Assembly (NCBI GenBank): GCA_001938485.1 | Contig: MQRK01250615.1 | Coordinates: 1 to 64,000, forward strand | DNA length: 64,000 bases | Direction of reading: 5' to 3' | DNA from: Girardia tigrina | Lineage: Eukaryota | Part shown: in pieces, positions 37,401 through 52,600 of the stretch | How positions within the stretch are numbered: the first letter of the stretch is position 1 | How the letters are laid out: each line of letters opens with the position of its first letter | The notes under the pieces: model-generated | Told to the model about the DNA's origin: nothing | The model's input: only the letters and a program-made list of their open reading frames with translations | Database searches by the model: none | Position numbers and translations under genes: made by a program

Positions 37401-39297
37401 ATAATACTATTGTTGATCGAGTTATTTTGCTGACGGAAAAGCAAACATCTGAGTCAATTTGAATAAAACAATTTGTTTATCGATTTAGAATAAGTATCAT
37501 TACGTATTGCGTGTTTACAAAAGTAAAGCAAAGTTTATTCCTCATTTGTTAGAAAGGTTTCTTCTCATATATCATATTTCATATATATCATTCATATTCA
37601 TCCTCAAATAAGAAGTTTCCTTTAAAAAGTTTAACATTAGTAACTTTACTTTATCAGAAGATAACTATTTTCTATATGATCAATTGCTTCTTTATTATCA
37701 TTATTGTTTCGACTTCATCTTTGCTGTATTAGGTTAATAGATTATTAATGGATTATTATTATTGGATTATTAAATTAACAAAAAATTTGTAATTTAAATC
37801 GTTTTGCTTTATTTCCAAAGATTATATAATTATATCACGTATATTATTACCGTTAAAATATTAATATTTCACAAATGATTGGAAATAATGGTGTCATAAT
37901 CAATAATGATGATTCCGAAAGCCAGCACTCGACAGGTGATGTTACTACAGATGAGAGAATAGACGATCAACAAATGATTTTAAACCCATTAGAAATGTGA
38001 AGGTCGTTATCCTACTTTCCTGTGGACTGGAACGTCCCTGACATCTGACTTTGGGGCTTAATTAATCGTCGATTGAATAAAATAGATTTGATATACGGAT
38101 TGATATGCCTATGAATATATTTTGAAAATATAATTTGTTTTCGAAAAAAGAATATTGTTAGTGTTCGTTATTGAGTTAAATTGATGTGATATACATCTGT
38201 GAATTGGGGATATTCCGAATATATCATTATCGAATGATGATAACTACTTCAAGCGGAAATGCATTTACTTACAGTAACAAATGTTAAAGTCCCTTTTAAC
38301 TTTTACAATATGTGTTTTCGATGTGAGATTTGTCGACCTTTAATAATAACATATGTATGAACGACATTAAAATAATCCTTAAGCAAAGATATAATTCTTT
38401 TCAAATCGATCTAATTTTCTATTATTGATAATATTAAAGTAATTCTCAAATTAATGGGGCTTACCGCTAATCATTTCGTATTACTACATCGCCTGAAAAT
38501 CATTTACTTCTTTTGTAACTCGACTAAATGTAATTATTCGTTTTGTAAATATTAAGGACTTTCTATTTGGAAAAGACTTCTAGGGGTCAACATGTTAACA
38601 ATGAACTTCCTGGATAATTAACAAATGTTCCGACAAGCGAACGTCCACTAGATGAACTACCCATTATAATAATTGTACAAAATAATCAATGACGCGTATA
38701 AATAAATAAAAAAATTGAATATTTTATATATTTGGGAATATAATGTTTCCGATTGTAATATTTTAGTAGATTAGTTCAGAGATCGAACCTAAATAATATG
38801 ATGAATTTGAATTTTTTTTGATGAATATATTGATGAATATATTTAAATTTTAAACTTCTTTGGAAATATAATATTTCCATTGATGATTATTAAATTCACA
38901 AATGACTTTGAAACACCGAAACGGTTATCTCAAAAATAAAGTCACTTTAATAATTATACAACAAATAAAATATACATTTTTTTACCTTTGACAAGTAAAC
39001 CTGATATTTTTCTTAAAATTTAATTAACTCTACGGGTAACAATTGATCGGTAAATTCGTATTCCCTTCTCGGGAGCTCCTGAGAGAATACCCTCCCCGTT
39101 TTGTGAAAAAAATGATATATTTAAATCAAAATCAATTAGAAATGTATTTAATCAAATGTATTTTTCTGAACATTAAAAATAACATTTTTCTTTGAAAAAC
39201 AGAAAAAAACTGTTTAAAATATTAGATATTAATTACTTATTGATAATCAAAAATAATTTTATATATTCAATATATATATATAATATTATATATAGAA

Positions 39298-39610
39298 CTA
39301 GTAAATAACCCGTCATGTATGACGGATATAATTATAATAGAGTTAAAATTTCAAATAAATTTTCAAAAGACATTTTTTTTTAAAATTCATTTGTTTTCCA
39401 CATTTAATCATTAGNNNNNNNNNNNNNNNNNNNNNNNNNNNNNNNNNNNNNNNNNNNNNNNNNNNNNNNNNNNNNNNNNNNNNNNNNNNNNATAATAATT
39501 TTCCATATGAATTATTATTAATATAAATATCTACTTACAATTGTAAGTAGATAATATGAGCGTTAGTGAAGCAGGCAGGCAGTGAGTGACTTGGGCTTTT
39601 ATAAGATATA
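39298..39610 (-). mobile_element. Short non-autonomous Helitron (spans an N gap)
   Basis: 3' hairpin CCGTCATACATGACGG followed by CTAG|T, like 444-470. The 5' region has TATAAAAG and a CTGC/CACT microsatellite. Contains a 26-bp perfect palindrome at ~39528-39553. Confidence 0.7.
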
Positions 39611-41410
39611 AATATATGAATGTAGAAATTTGAAGATTTTTTTCATTAAAACTCTTTTTCGAAACACTTTATACAAATTTGTCTTCTTTTTGTATCATTT
39701 GTATTAAGTATTCACAAACAATAAAGAGTAGTAGACCAACTCATTAATATTGCAACCATTACTTGTTCTAATGAGTCTAAAAGAAGTAAAAATAGCAATT
39801 GAAAATAATTTAATGAAAAAAAACATATTTATTTAATTAAATCATGCTTTACCAAAAATCGAATGTAAAATTTACGATAACAAACTAATTATAAATCAAA
39901 GTTTAATTTTTAATTAATTAATTAAATATTAAATAGATTTATAAAGTCAGCTAGACCCTTTATAGCAACATTAACTGTCGGTGGACATGCAATATAATTC
40001 TTCAATCAACCGATATTCTCTGTTCATCAAACATTAATCAATTGGAAAAAAAATACAAAAATAAATAATAAAAAATGAATAAAAAACACAATAAAATATT
40101 TTAAATTATATTAGAAAAATAATTTTTTCTAGAATTCAGAAGAAATGCCAAATTAATTAATTCCGTTTTTTCTTAATTATGTTTTGTTAAAATTTACAAA
40201 GACTTAAAAATTTATTATATTTTGCTTCGTGTAAAAATTAAGTTTTGATTATTAATTATTTAATTTTTATTATATAAAATGAATTAATAAAAAACTTTTA
40301 AATGACTACCCTAAAAGTTATATATGTTCTAAAATTCATAAATTAATTATAAAAAATATATTTAATCACTTGCTGCAACTGAATTGTTTTTCGTACTAAT
40401 CAGTTACTTGTAAACCTCTAAAGGTCTTACAATGAAGTCTTAAGGAAGCAAAAACATTTATATTTATAAAAAGTTCCTCCAATATTCAAATATACCGGGT
40501 GTTTTGAAAAACCTTGTCAACGGACTTTGACACTAGATTTAAGGAGCTTAAGCTGATATGAAGCAATTCATTTACTGTTGTTTGAAGCTTATTATCAACG
40601 GAAACTCAGACGCTTCAAGGCAACAATGCAAGCTTGAATTTCTACGTAAATACGTTGCTATAACGTGCACGGACGACACTTTGAGTATCTCTCAGGGTAT
40701 TATATTAGCTTTTGAAAGATTTTTTAAAAAATTATTTATTATAAAACTAAATCGATATTTATTAAACATTTTCCGCTTTGTAAGCATTCATTATTGATTA
40801 TAATTTTCAATAAAAAACTAATTAGTACCAACCTGATTCCTATTTTACGATTCATTGCGTACTTCAGATCTTTTATGCCGCCTCTTCAATGGGACTATAA
40901 AAAATCTACCTTGAAAAATCAACCTATCAAAGCTACCGAGAATTCATGATCAAGTAACTTTTCAAATAAATTATTGATATAATAAATGCGATTTCCTCTT
41001 ATTGATAAATGATTTCATCTTCAGAATTCTCAGTCTTGAACCAAGCATTTTAAATGAGTCATAATTTTTACAAAAATTCTAAAAACATCTTTTTATATGT
41101 TTATCTGGAAAGATGTGTTGACATAATGTCGTTGAAGAAACTTCAAAATTCGAATGGAAATGTAAATAGGTTCAGTCGTAAAGATTGTATATGAATCTCT
41201 AGTTATGTGCGACAATAACCAATATGCAGATAACTTTTACATTACCTTTTTTTATGCCTATGAATGTTTTATTTTTCTCATAAAACTAAGTAGGCGCTTC
41301 ATCATCGAACTATGTTTCACAATTTCTTGCATTTATAAATCAAATTCCGTTGTAAATTCTATACAAAACCAGAATTTATCTTATCATTACTTATATTAAG
41401 GCAATAAACC

Positions 41411-41614
41411 TACTATACAGTTAGAATAATTATATTTACAATACAATTAACAGTTACAGCGGCAGCTTAACAGTAATAAAGTCGCTAATTGCGAGAAATT
41501 CATTCAAGCAAATGGTCTGAAAATCGAACATTACAATTAGTGACTTTATTATCGTTACATTCCAACTGTTACTGATAATTGTATTGTAAATATAATTATT
41601 CTGACTCTATAGTG
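41411..41614. mobile_element. MITE with ~80-bp TIRs (CACTA-like end)
   Basis: TACTATACAGTTAGAATAATTATATTTACAATACAATT... / ...AATTGTATTGTAAATATAATTATTCTGACTCTATAGTG; no clear TSD. Confidence 0.7.
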
Positions 41615-42349
41615 AGTATTGGGTTCGAGATTAAAATTCAAAGTCATAATTTGCAAACTATATTTCTAATACAACTTTCATTACTCAAACAAATTTATGA
41701 GGAACAATATTTCAGTTACATAAACCAGATTTTGAAACTCTAAATATAAAGAATAATATCGATGTATATATATATATATAAATGTTATTTTATTCAAATC
41801 ATATTTTGTTTTTGTTTTATTATTTTTTACAATGTTTATTAATTTAGAATATAAATTTAGATCTTTAAAATTATTTTAATGGACATGTTCTGTAAAAATT
41901 CAATTATAAATAATTTTTAATGAGAATTTATGTTGACAATTAAATTCAATAAAACATTATGATTTTTATTTTTAAAAAAAAATATTACAAGATATATCAA
42001 AATTTCTCTACAATATTCTTTTATTCTGAAACTGTTATTTTTATTGTGATTTTTTAAACCTAATTTTTTTTATAAAAGTTCTTTCGATTTAATTAATAAA
42101 ATATTATCATTACACTATACTTTTTATAAAACTTATTTCATTTTAATTAGTAAAAATATTATCTATAAGCTTAAATTTTTTATATATAATTCCTTTCAAA
42201 AGTTCTGTCAATTTAATTAGTAAAATAATATTTTTTAATTTATCTCAAATATAATTATGATTTTTAAATTAAAAATAACAAAAATTTTCAGTTCACCAAA
42301 AAGAACCCCTAACAGTGACTTTATTGCCACTCTGTATATCTAATGCTTC

Positions 42350-43166
42350 AAAAAAGAGTATTTTATGTATTCTTGCTACTCTCACCGAAATTAAAAACAA
42401 TTTCCTTTGTTTTGTCTTTCTAAATGCGACAATCGTCTGCTAAAACTACAAATAAAATTTTCTAGAACGATATTGTTTGAGAATCCGTTAAATTGTGGCT
42501 TCTTGACCCCTTCTTCATTTTGATTTCGGTGTCCAGTGACGGAGAAATTTGTATAAAATCATTTAATTTTGAAAAATAATTTGGACAAATCCTGTAATCG
42601 AGATTTGTTTTATCGTGTCAAATGTAATTAAGTCGACTGAAAATAAAAATTTTAGCGGACTTCCACATTTGCTTTTTGGATGTTTTGATTTTTGCTCAAT
42701 TTTGAAATGCAACAAAGAGAAAATTTTAAAAATATTTCGAGTGCACAAATTGAATTGTTGAATTTTCTGATTAACGACTGTAGTAAAAACTGTAAAGTTT
42801 TGAATTATCTAAAAAGGAAAATCAATACCTTGATGGAGAGTGAATGCCTGTTTAATGTGAATGATGAGGCGCAAATATTTTGCGGATTGATTATGTTGAT
42901 TGACTCTGTGAAATGCAAATGCAATTGTATATCGCCAGAGCAGCAAGAGTGTTTGTCGAATTTTACGTAGGAAATGGGTGCTAAAATTATCATTAAATCA
43001 AAATCTGATTATATCTCAAGAATTAATTCTTCTTAAACTTAATCATTGTTTATTGGATACAATTTTTGTAAAATCGTCAAACAACGAGTGGCAGGTGTTC
43101 ATTGACGACTTGATTGATGCTTGCAACAAAAATGAATTCATGGGCCAAAACGGTATCCTTATTTAA
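42350..43166 (+). pseudogene. Coding-like remnant of an unknown helical protein
   Basis: Adjacent protein-like ORFs at 42692-42970 and 42978-43166 in different frames; no motif recognised. Confidence 0.3.
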
Positions 43167-43204
43167 AAATAATATTATTAATAAAAAAATATTTTTATAA
43201 AAAC

Positions 43205-43713
43205 AACCACGTTTTTCAAGCATTACCAATGCACTAAAAAGAGGAAAATAATTTTTTTCTAGACATGTGAGAAATTTTATANNNNNNNNNNNNNNNNNNN
43301 NNNNNNNNNNNNNNNNNNNNNNNNNNNNNNNNNNNNNNNNNNNNNNNNNNNNNNNNNNNNNNNNNNNNNNNNNNNNNNNNNNNNNNNNNNNNNNNNNNNN
43401 NNNNNNNNNNNNNNNNNNNNNNNNNNNNNNNNNNNNNNNNNNNNNNNNNNNNNNNNNNNNNNNNNNNNNNNNNNNNNNNNNNNNNNNNNNNNNNNNNNNN
43501 NNNNNNNNNNNNNNNNNNNNNNNNNNNNNTTTTTGCAAAAAAAATTAGAAAAAATTATTTTTTTTTATAATATTGTATTGTCATCGGAAGCAAGCCTGTA
43601 TAAAAAAATTCAGCTCAATTGGATGACTGAAAGTGGTCGAAAAATCAATCGCAAGATTTGTTCCAGACAGACAAACAGACAAGAAAGCAAGCTAATAAAA
43701 ACGTGGTAAAAAA
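43205..43713. mobile_element. Helentron-associated (HINE/DINE-1-like) element, spans an N gap
   Basis: Sub-terminal inverted repeats ACCACGTTTTT / AAAAACGTGGT, an ACAG microsatellite near the end, and an A-run terminus. Confidence 0.6.
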
Positions 43714-45129
43714 CACGATTTACCAAATTATCCGTGACTCAGGAGGTGAGGAGTGGAACAAGTTATTGCTTAACCATTTCCGTGATACATAGGCAAACAC
43801 CGAGATGGTGGAGTGCCGCAAAGGCGCTCACTGCGATACTCGGCGAATAGATATGGTAATATAAATAGTACATTTCTTCTAAGATTCCATAGATGTTGTT
43901 GATCACACTTTTGACGAATCATGAGCTTTAAACACTTAAAAATATATTCTTCAGTTCAATACATTTTCAGAGCAACTAATTTAATCAACTAATTTATACA
44001 GTCTATTGACTTCAAATATTTCAAAGGTAATCCAATTTAAATTCCACAAATAATTTAAACCCTTATTTGTCATATTCTAAAGAAAATTATCTTTTATTCA
44101 TTTAAACTTTATTCATGGCTGAAGCTGATAAATTTGCGTCTCGAGAAATCCTTTCATGAGATTCACAAATAATTTTTTGCTTGAGAATTTCACAATGTAT
44201 TTTGACTTAACAATAAAATGTTTTATAACTGGTGTCTGTAGATTATACATGACCAAGTAGTATTAATTGCGATGTGGTTCTCATTGAATTATTTAATATC
44301 CTCAGCTAGGGGAGTCTGCACATTTTAATCACCAAGGTAGAACTCTACAAAATTGCTTATATTTTACTGCAAAATATTCTATTTGGTATTTCTATGAAAA
44401 CATTCTTATTACTTGTTTCTCTGTCAAGGCCCAAGGTTCCGATAGACAAAGCAAAATTTTATAATTTTAGTCATAACTTTAGAAACAAGTGGCTGTGATC
44501 TTCCTCAACTGAACGTTTTTCAAATTTACTAACCTATCGATTTCTCATCCTAGTAAAACATATAAGCCGTTGTTATCAAATATTCTCCAATTCTAGAATT
44601 TACAATTTATTGTACTTTTCAAGGTGATTCATTTATTTTTTCAAACTCATGTAAATTAATTTGTTTACTTTACCAGACCCAACTGCCATAAGTGTCCATT
44701 GATTAATATAGCCAAAATTACGGGGTATAGAAAGGACTGAAAGCAGTACATAATAAAATTCTTCGGTTGACCAGACAAGAACTCCGGTTGATGGGGCAAA
44801 TAGAAGACGTCATAATTAAATAAAATTTGAAATTAACTATGTGTACGTAAAATAAACCAAAACTAAATTAAATAAACTCTGATTATGCAAAAAACCTATA
44901 AAAAGAAAGATTTTTAACCGTAGCAGTTACTCCAACGTTTTGTAGATGCTCTAAGGGCAACAAAGTATTTCCGAAATTCTTATTCATGACAAGAAGCTTG
45001 ACAATGCAAATAAGGATGACGAGATCAATGAAACCGGTGTGACTTCAGACTACTTTGACATTGACTCACAGCTCCAATGTCAGGAGAAGAATATGGCGGA
45101 TGGCGCTTCTGCCACCATAGCAACAGTTA

Positions 45130-46020
45130 CTGTCAAACGATCTCACCAGAAAAAAGAGAAACTGGATCCGTTCATGATGCCTCCCGCTCAGGTCGACCAA
45201 CGATTTTAACGGAGCAAAAAGTCAATGTTATTTCGAAAGCCATGAGCCAGAGTCCAACAAAGTCAATGCGCCGTTTATCTCAAGAAGTGAGTGTATCCGT
45301 TGGAACTGCACATGCCGCCGTGAGGAAAACTTTAAGCTTATATCCATATCGTGTTACTTGTCGACATGAGTTGAAAGACACAGACTTTGAAAAGCGACTC
45401 CAGTTTTGTCATTGGTTCAAGAAAAATCTGAATGAGGATGACTTGCTCGACAAGACTTTTTTTTCCGATGAAGCGTGGTTTCATTTGCCTGGATATGTGA
45501 ATATTTCGCTTCGTTTTTTGAATGAGATCATCCCGAAGAGAATCATTTCCAAAGGAATTTGGCCGCCAAGATCCCCAGATCTAAGTGTTTTGGACTTTTA
45601 CCTGTGGGGAGCGATAAAGCANNNNNNNNNNNNNNNNNNNNNNNNNNNNNNNNNNNNNNNNNNNNNNNNNNACTTTTACCTGTGGGGAGCGATAAAGCAA
45701 AAGGTTTACCGAAACAAACCACAAACTTTGCAAGACCTACGTGATAACATCCTACACCAAATTGAAGCCATCACCCAAGAGGAAATTTATTGAGTGTTCG
45801 AAAACTTGAAACGTCGAATTAACGTTTGTATTCACGAACTTGGTGGGCATTTCCAGCAGTTGTTATGACTCTTTTCTTGTTATTTTTAATAAATTAAGAG
45901 ACGGTCATTGTTCTTCACATAAAATTGACTATTCAAAATATTTTGTTATTGATTTTTAGAACACAGGATATCGTTCTTGTTTTGAAATTGCAGGTGCACA
46001 GATACTTTTTGAACGCACTG
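45130..46020 (+). mobile_element. 5'-truncated, internally deleted copy of the 5478-6810 Tc1/mariner element
   Basis: RSGRP and FSDEAWFHL.GYVN are joined directly to ISLRFLNE. 3' TIR ...TTTTTGAACGCACTG|TA; near-identical to 5478-5915. Confidence 0.92.
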
Positions 46021-46889
46021 TATTTCTCTGATATTCAAATGAGGTTTGCTAATTTTCAATGTAGATTTAACAAAATATAAGTTGAAAATTATCAGAATTT
46101 GACTCGGGAGAATTGTCAACATGAATTATTATGGGAGGTAACGGGTTAATTTAGCGAGTTGCCAAATTGCGAAAAGTTTGTTGAGAATTGTCCCAAAGAC
46201 AATTCAAACTGTGATGAAATTAAATGTATGACAAACCATATTGGTGATCTTAATATTTATTATTTATTATTATTAATATTTATATTTCCGAGGTTGCAGC
46301 ACGTATATGTAAGATAAATAACACAAATAAAATTAAGAACACAAACCAAGAGAGAGGTGATTTATAGACACTGATTCAAATAAATAAAACTAAGCAAGTT
46401 GTATTAGGTTGGGAACTATGAGACGGGCGTTTTTTGTTTAATTTGTGTTGATCTTTGATTTTTCAATATATCAATAATTCAATATTTTTATTTATAAAGC
46501 TTAAAGGTATTCTCCTTACTCATTTTGTAAAGTTTTTTTTGTGTTGGTATCTTATTTTTATTTTATTTTTATCCTAAACCAGATGGAAACAAAACGCAAT
46601 TTGCATATACTCTTTTTGTACGAGTTTAAATGAAATCGTACATCAGCTCAAGCTTCAAGAAATATTAATCAGGCATTCAGAGATGGATTATTTAGCGCAC
46701 CAAAGCCATGAGGTAGAAAGTTCATGTACCACAACTCTCAATATCGTTCGGTTTATCCTGTATTTTATAAAAGGTAATATGACCATTATACGTATAATTA
46801 ACTTCAAATTTAAGTTCAAATTATTCTAAATTATGTATTATACATTCTCAAATATAAAGATATTCATTAAAAATTGTGGATTTTACCTT

Positions 46890-47660
46890 TACGGATAATG
46901 AAACCGGGAAAACAGTCTTTTCAACGCTAGATCTAAAAAGAGCTTCACCAAATTCCGATTCATGAAGCCGACATCCACAAGACGGCCGTAACAACCACCT
47001 TTGGGCTATTCGAATACACCACCATGCCTTTTGGTTTACGCAATGCATCCTGCATGTTTCAAAGATACATGGATGCCTTACGTCACGGCATTAAAGCCTT
47101 CGCAGCATACTACATTGATAACATCATTATATTTTCGGACTCACTCGAGCAACATGAAAAACATTTGTTACATATAATGAACCTGTTACAACAGAAATCT
47201 CTAAAATTAAACAAAGAGAAATGCAACTTCAGAGCAAACGAAGTCCAATTGGTTTTATAATTTTCAAGATGGGGTCTAACCCATCCAGGAACGAATTGAC
47301 AATGGCCTCTTCAGCACAACTTCTACACGGCTCCTTCGCCAGACGTCCGTGAGACATCATCACAGACAATGAGAACCAGGAATTTTACACAGAAGACCAC
47401 ATCACACGAGTTATAAACGAATTTGGAAGTCAAATCGTAAACAAGCAGTTAGCCCGCAAGATCTTTCTACCACAGGCTCTCAAAGACTGCAAATACGAAT
47501 GGATCAAAAACGATAACTCATACGTAAGAGGTATTTAGCAGATCTGACGACTTGAAAACCTTTGACCTATAAATCGATGATTGCACAAAAAAGTTCTCAA
47601 TAGACAGACTGAAGCCAACGTTTACTGGTCATGATCCTTCGCATCTTAAGCAAGGGCATA
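46890..47660 (+). mobile_element. Deleted Gypsy fragment (RT fused to integrase C-terminus), second family
   Basis: Motifs VFSTLDL, MPFGLRNA, YIDNIIIFS and SIDRLKP; purine tract AAGGGG followed by TG near 47652-47662. Confidence 0.8.
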
Positions 47661-49687
47661 TGTATAGTGCATTTACTTAAATTAAAATATTATTTTTAAT
47701 TATTAGAAAAAAAGAAATTTTAAAATAACTATTGTTGTTTTGATAAGCAGAATTATCAAGCAATAATAAATGTTTAAAAATTGTGTTTTCGTGATTTTAA
47801 TGGTAGATGGATGAAATTTACAATCTTGATTGATTTAAAAATAAAAGTAAGTTTATTATAAAAAATGAGATATGAAACAATGTTATCATGATTAATATAT
47901 ATAAGAAACAACCATACAAACATGGAACAAAAACATTTTGGTAATATCAGAAGAAGAATAGTAAAAAAAGAAATGGAAAGATAAGATTTTGTAATGGACT
48001 TATTTGGGGAAATAATAATAAAGGCAAACAGAAAAACTTTCTATTTCTACCTTCATATAACCTTCAACTAATTTATTCTACATTTGAAAACATTTTAGTG
48101 ATATTTTTATTTTTAACTTAGTTCTGTTAGTTTATAATTTTTATAATTTCTAAAATTTATTAAATTTTAATTTTGGAATAAAAATTTTGAAAAAGGATAA
48201 AAATTTTTGAGAAGCCTTGAAACATTTAACATATTTTTAATCATAAAGATTCTAAGTTAAAACTCAAATTTATTATCATAATCCATTTTCTTTTAAACAT
48301 GAATTAAGACCCCCCTAAAACAACGGCTTAGTAAAAGTTTTTCTTACAAAATTAAAAAAATTTTATTTTAAAAATTGAAACATTACTTAATAAATATATA
48401 TAAACAAATAAGACAATTATAAACTGCTCTGAAAGCATAAAATTAATATAAATAAATACCAAAAAACGGAAACAATTTCTTAAAGTTTTCTGTATTTCCA
48501 TAACGACAAGATTTTGCACTTTGCATTCGGAGAAGGGAAAATTAAAGACAGAGTTCGTCATTTGGAAATTTTTCTTACAAATAAAAAATTATTTATATAT
48601 TTACGAAATTTAAACAAAATGAATATAAATAAATAACTCATGATCAAAAAATTTAATAAAAATATTTTTAATTTAACAGATTAAAAATGATAAAAATTTT
48701 TAATTATTATTATTAATTATTATTATTATTATTTAATTATTATTATTAATTATTATTATTTAATTATTATCTATTAATAATTATAAGCACAAAAAATAAA
48801 ATGTTATGGAAGGAGAATTAATGAAAAAATATAATTATCAATTATAAAAAAATGATAAAAATAAAATAATTAAAAAATGATCGAATATAAGATAACATAT
48901 GAACAGTGGTTTTTGAAATACGTTTTTTTCAGATTTGGAATACCTTAATAATTTAATAATTTGTTTTAAATAATTTATTAAATTAAAATAAATGCTAATT
49001 GTAAATATAATAGCAATAAATGCCTGATTATATATTCTTCAACTGAAGTTATATTCATTCGGAAAAATATTCATATGCCTTGCCTTTAGTCATGCATGGC
49101 TTTGCTCTGCAGTGGCTGGATCAACAAAAGCGAACCCCTACATTTAATATGACTGAAAATTATTGAGATTGATTAAATATACATCAAAAAAAAAATACAT
49201 TTTAGAACAAACATTATCCAAAAATAACATAATCTCTGTCATTATGAATAACTTCTCTGGTAATTATTCAAATGTTTTTGTAGTTTTGTGACTGAAAGTT
49301 GTTTTAAACATGGTTCATAACGCCAGGGTCGTTGTATTTTATTCTCTTTTTCACACTTAAAGTTTTTTTTGTAGCTATTTTCTAAAAAAAAGATAGTATT
49401 ATATATGTCCCAATCTCGTTTTACAAGGAATTCCTTCGTTAGGTGTCTGCACTATAGAATTCATTATATGTTCTGCTGATGTCGCTGCAAAGTACAATTT
49501 CTCGCAACTAAAAAAAATCAGAGATAACGATATTTTTTGTTGTGTATTAACAACATCAATATGCGTTTTTAAACATTTCTTTTTATCACAAACGCCTTCA
49601 CTATTTGACATTTTTCTTGATCAATTTATTTCTAAATTCATACTAATTATTTTCAATAAATGAAAATCTTTTCATAAAAATTATTAA

Positions 49688-52600
49688 CTAGAATTGATAA
49701 TGGCATTTTTAATAATAATGCAAACAAAGGCCATTTTTGAATATTAAATTTATTGACAATACATACGCGTTTCACCATTTCGGCATCTTCAGTGCAATGA
49801 AATAAAGTGATGACTATTACTATAAAGTAATTACTATTTATAAAGTTGAAAACTATTACGTCATACGTCTCAAAAAAATGCTTTTTTTCTTATTTTTTTC
49901 CTAAAAAAAAGAAAAATATTTTAATGATATTTAAAATACTTTAATATGATTAAATGAATCCTCTTGCACGTTTAAGCATGGTTATGATGCTTTATTTAAC
50001 AATGCTACGGCAATAATCCTTTCATAATTTGTGTCAAAATTATTTAAAATCACTTTAAAATCTTTATTGTAATCCATAAGATTACCTTTACATATTTTAA
50101 TATGGCTCAATATCAAACTATTTCTACTCGATTAAGTATGTTCAGTAATTCTAGTTCAGTAATTCTAGACTTGTCTCTCCAATGTACAAGGCTTCGCACT
50201 TGTGACATTTGAATTGATAAACTAGATTTTCCTTAATACACAAATGAGTTTTTGATTTGTTCGAAAAATAGTTCCGGCATTTATTAGTTAAAAAGATTAT
50301 TCTCAACAGGTGTTCGATGTTCTAAAAATCGTTTGAACTCTTTTGCTCTCTCTGAGTACGGTAATTTTAGATTAATAGTCATTTGATTATCAATGCCATT
50401 TTCCGAAGTTATATTTGATGTATTATTTGATTTTAAATAAATGGATTCAAAAGTATCCTTTATGATTTTATTTAAATACATTTTATTAAATCCATTTTTA
50501 GAAAACCTATTATGAAGTTCATCAACTTCATTTTAAAATATCTCAGAGGTTGATGTTAAACCCCAAACTCTATGTACCAAACCTTTAATCATGTTACTAT
50601 TGTATTTTGGGTCAGAAAAACTGTTTGGACAACTGTATAAACCGGTATCATTTGGTTTTCGATATATTTGAGTCTGATATTTATCTTTAATTCTTTCAAT
50701 TAATACATCTAAAAATGATAGTTTATTAGTATTTTCCATTTCATAAGTAAACTTGATATTAGGGTGAAGACCATTTACAAACTCTAAAAAGCGTGAGACA
50801 TTATCTTCACCTTTAAATATGAGAAAATTGTCATCAACATATCTCGTATAAAATAAAGGTAATTCACTATTAAAATTATTGAACTTTTGTTCTAAATTAT
50901 GCAAAAAGATAGAGGCCATCAAATTCGCTAAATATAAACCCATAGCGATTCCATCAGTTTACATAAACCATTCCTCATTAAAAATAAATGGTACGTTTTT
51001 AGTACTGAATTCCAATAATTATCTTAATGCTTTACTACTCAATGACTTAGTTTTATCTTCTACCAAATTATCCCATAATTAAACGCATAAATTAATGGTT
51101 ACAATCAATGAAATATTGGGGAAAAGAATTACTATATCAAATGAAACCATCACTTCACGGTCTGATTCAATATTCCAATTCAAAATTCGATTAACAAATT
51201 CAAAACTGTCTTTACATTCTAGAGGATTATTAACCAAAGATTTTAATAATCTCTCTAGAATTTTTGCAACTAGATATTGTGCACTACCAATCATAGACAA
51301 AACAGGTCGCATTGGAATACCTTCTTTATGAATCTTAGGTAGACCATAAAGTTTCGAAGGTTGCGATCCATGTACTATAAAACCCTTTTTTAATTCATTA
51401 TTAATATCATTACTTTTAACTAGTTTATTAATCATTTTATTTAAAGTCTGTTCATCTTTTAAAGGGATGGGCCGACAATTTTTTCTCTAAGGAATTTTAT
51501 TAAATTTATCTGTTATTAAGAACACCAATTTGATTTTTTATATTTTTATTTATACAACAATTTTGATTGTCCTCAAAATTATCTTTGTCAAAACTTTCGT
51601 ACATTTGCATTCAAAGCGAAAATTGATTAATTGTTTAATTCTCATTACTTTTTTAGAAAATGGAGAAACAAATATTTAAATAAAATATTCATTCAAAACT
51701 TATTGGATAATAATTAAAAATGATAATTAATTATTTAAAAAATATTAATTTGATTCATTTATTAAATATTATAAAACTTAATTAAGTTATTTAAAATTTT
51801 AAAATTATATGAAATTAAAAATAAATTTAAACATTACTTATTTTTAGATAATAAGAATTAAAACATTAATCATCCATCTGGGTAGGAGAGACATTTCCAA
51901 ATCAACATACACATTCAAACACAAAACATCAAATATGGAGTACCTTTTTTTCTAAATAATCAGATCTATTTTGAATGTATACTCCATTTCCTTTATCAAA
52001 TCTAGAGATTCAAATATCTTGCTTTTTTAAATTTAACAATACTTTTTCATCATTAAAATTCATTTTTCTGTTAGTCAAAAGGAAAGAGTTAGTTGCTTTT
52101 CTTAAATCACTCTTTAAATTCTCATTAGACTCCTCTCTCCAATAGAGATTAAATTAAAAAAGGCTTTCAATTTTCGATTTAACTTTAAATTCATTTATTT
52201 TGGTTTTTATACCATTATTTAATCCATATTTAAGAATATTTGTCTCCGTTAAATTTAACACGTAATCAGAATTATTAATAATAGTGTTTTCTACATTAAA
52301 ATGACAAATGCCACATAAATTACGAATGTTATTTAATTTTTATTTTGAATTTTTAATTTTGACACATAAATATCATTAGAGCAATTTACAAAATATGAGA
52401 CACATAAATGAAAATAATCTATACCAACTATACTCAATAGCAATAATCTTACTTTATGTAATTCATTACGTATAACTTTCAAATTCGATCGTTCTTTCTA
52501 TCTATCTTCTTAGAAGTTTCTAGTTTCTTAAGATATTAAAAGTTTCAAGCTTTCGCCATCTAAGAACATTTCATGCATTCTTACGTTGTGAATAAATTTC

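Noticed and set aside
36620-38700. Coding-like stretches (possible viral or Polinton remnants); similar stretches at 29470-29650, 61200-61660 and 63100-63500
   Set aside because: Heavily interrupted and no motif I can recognise; these need BLASTX before any call.
39059-39090. Palindrome CTCGGGAGCTCCTGAG with flanking pairing
   Set aside because: Isolated, with no second copy or element boundary to give it meaning.
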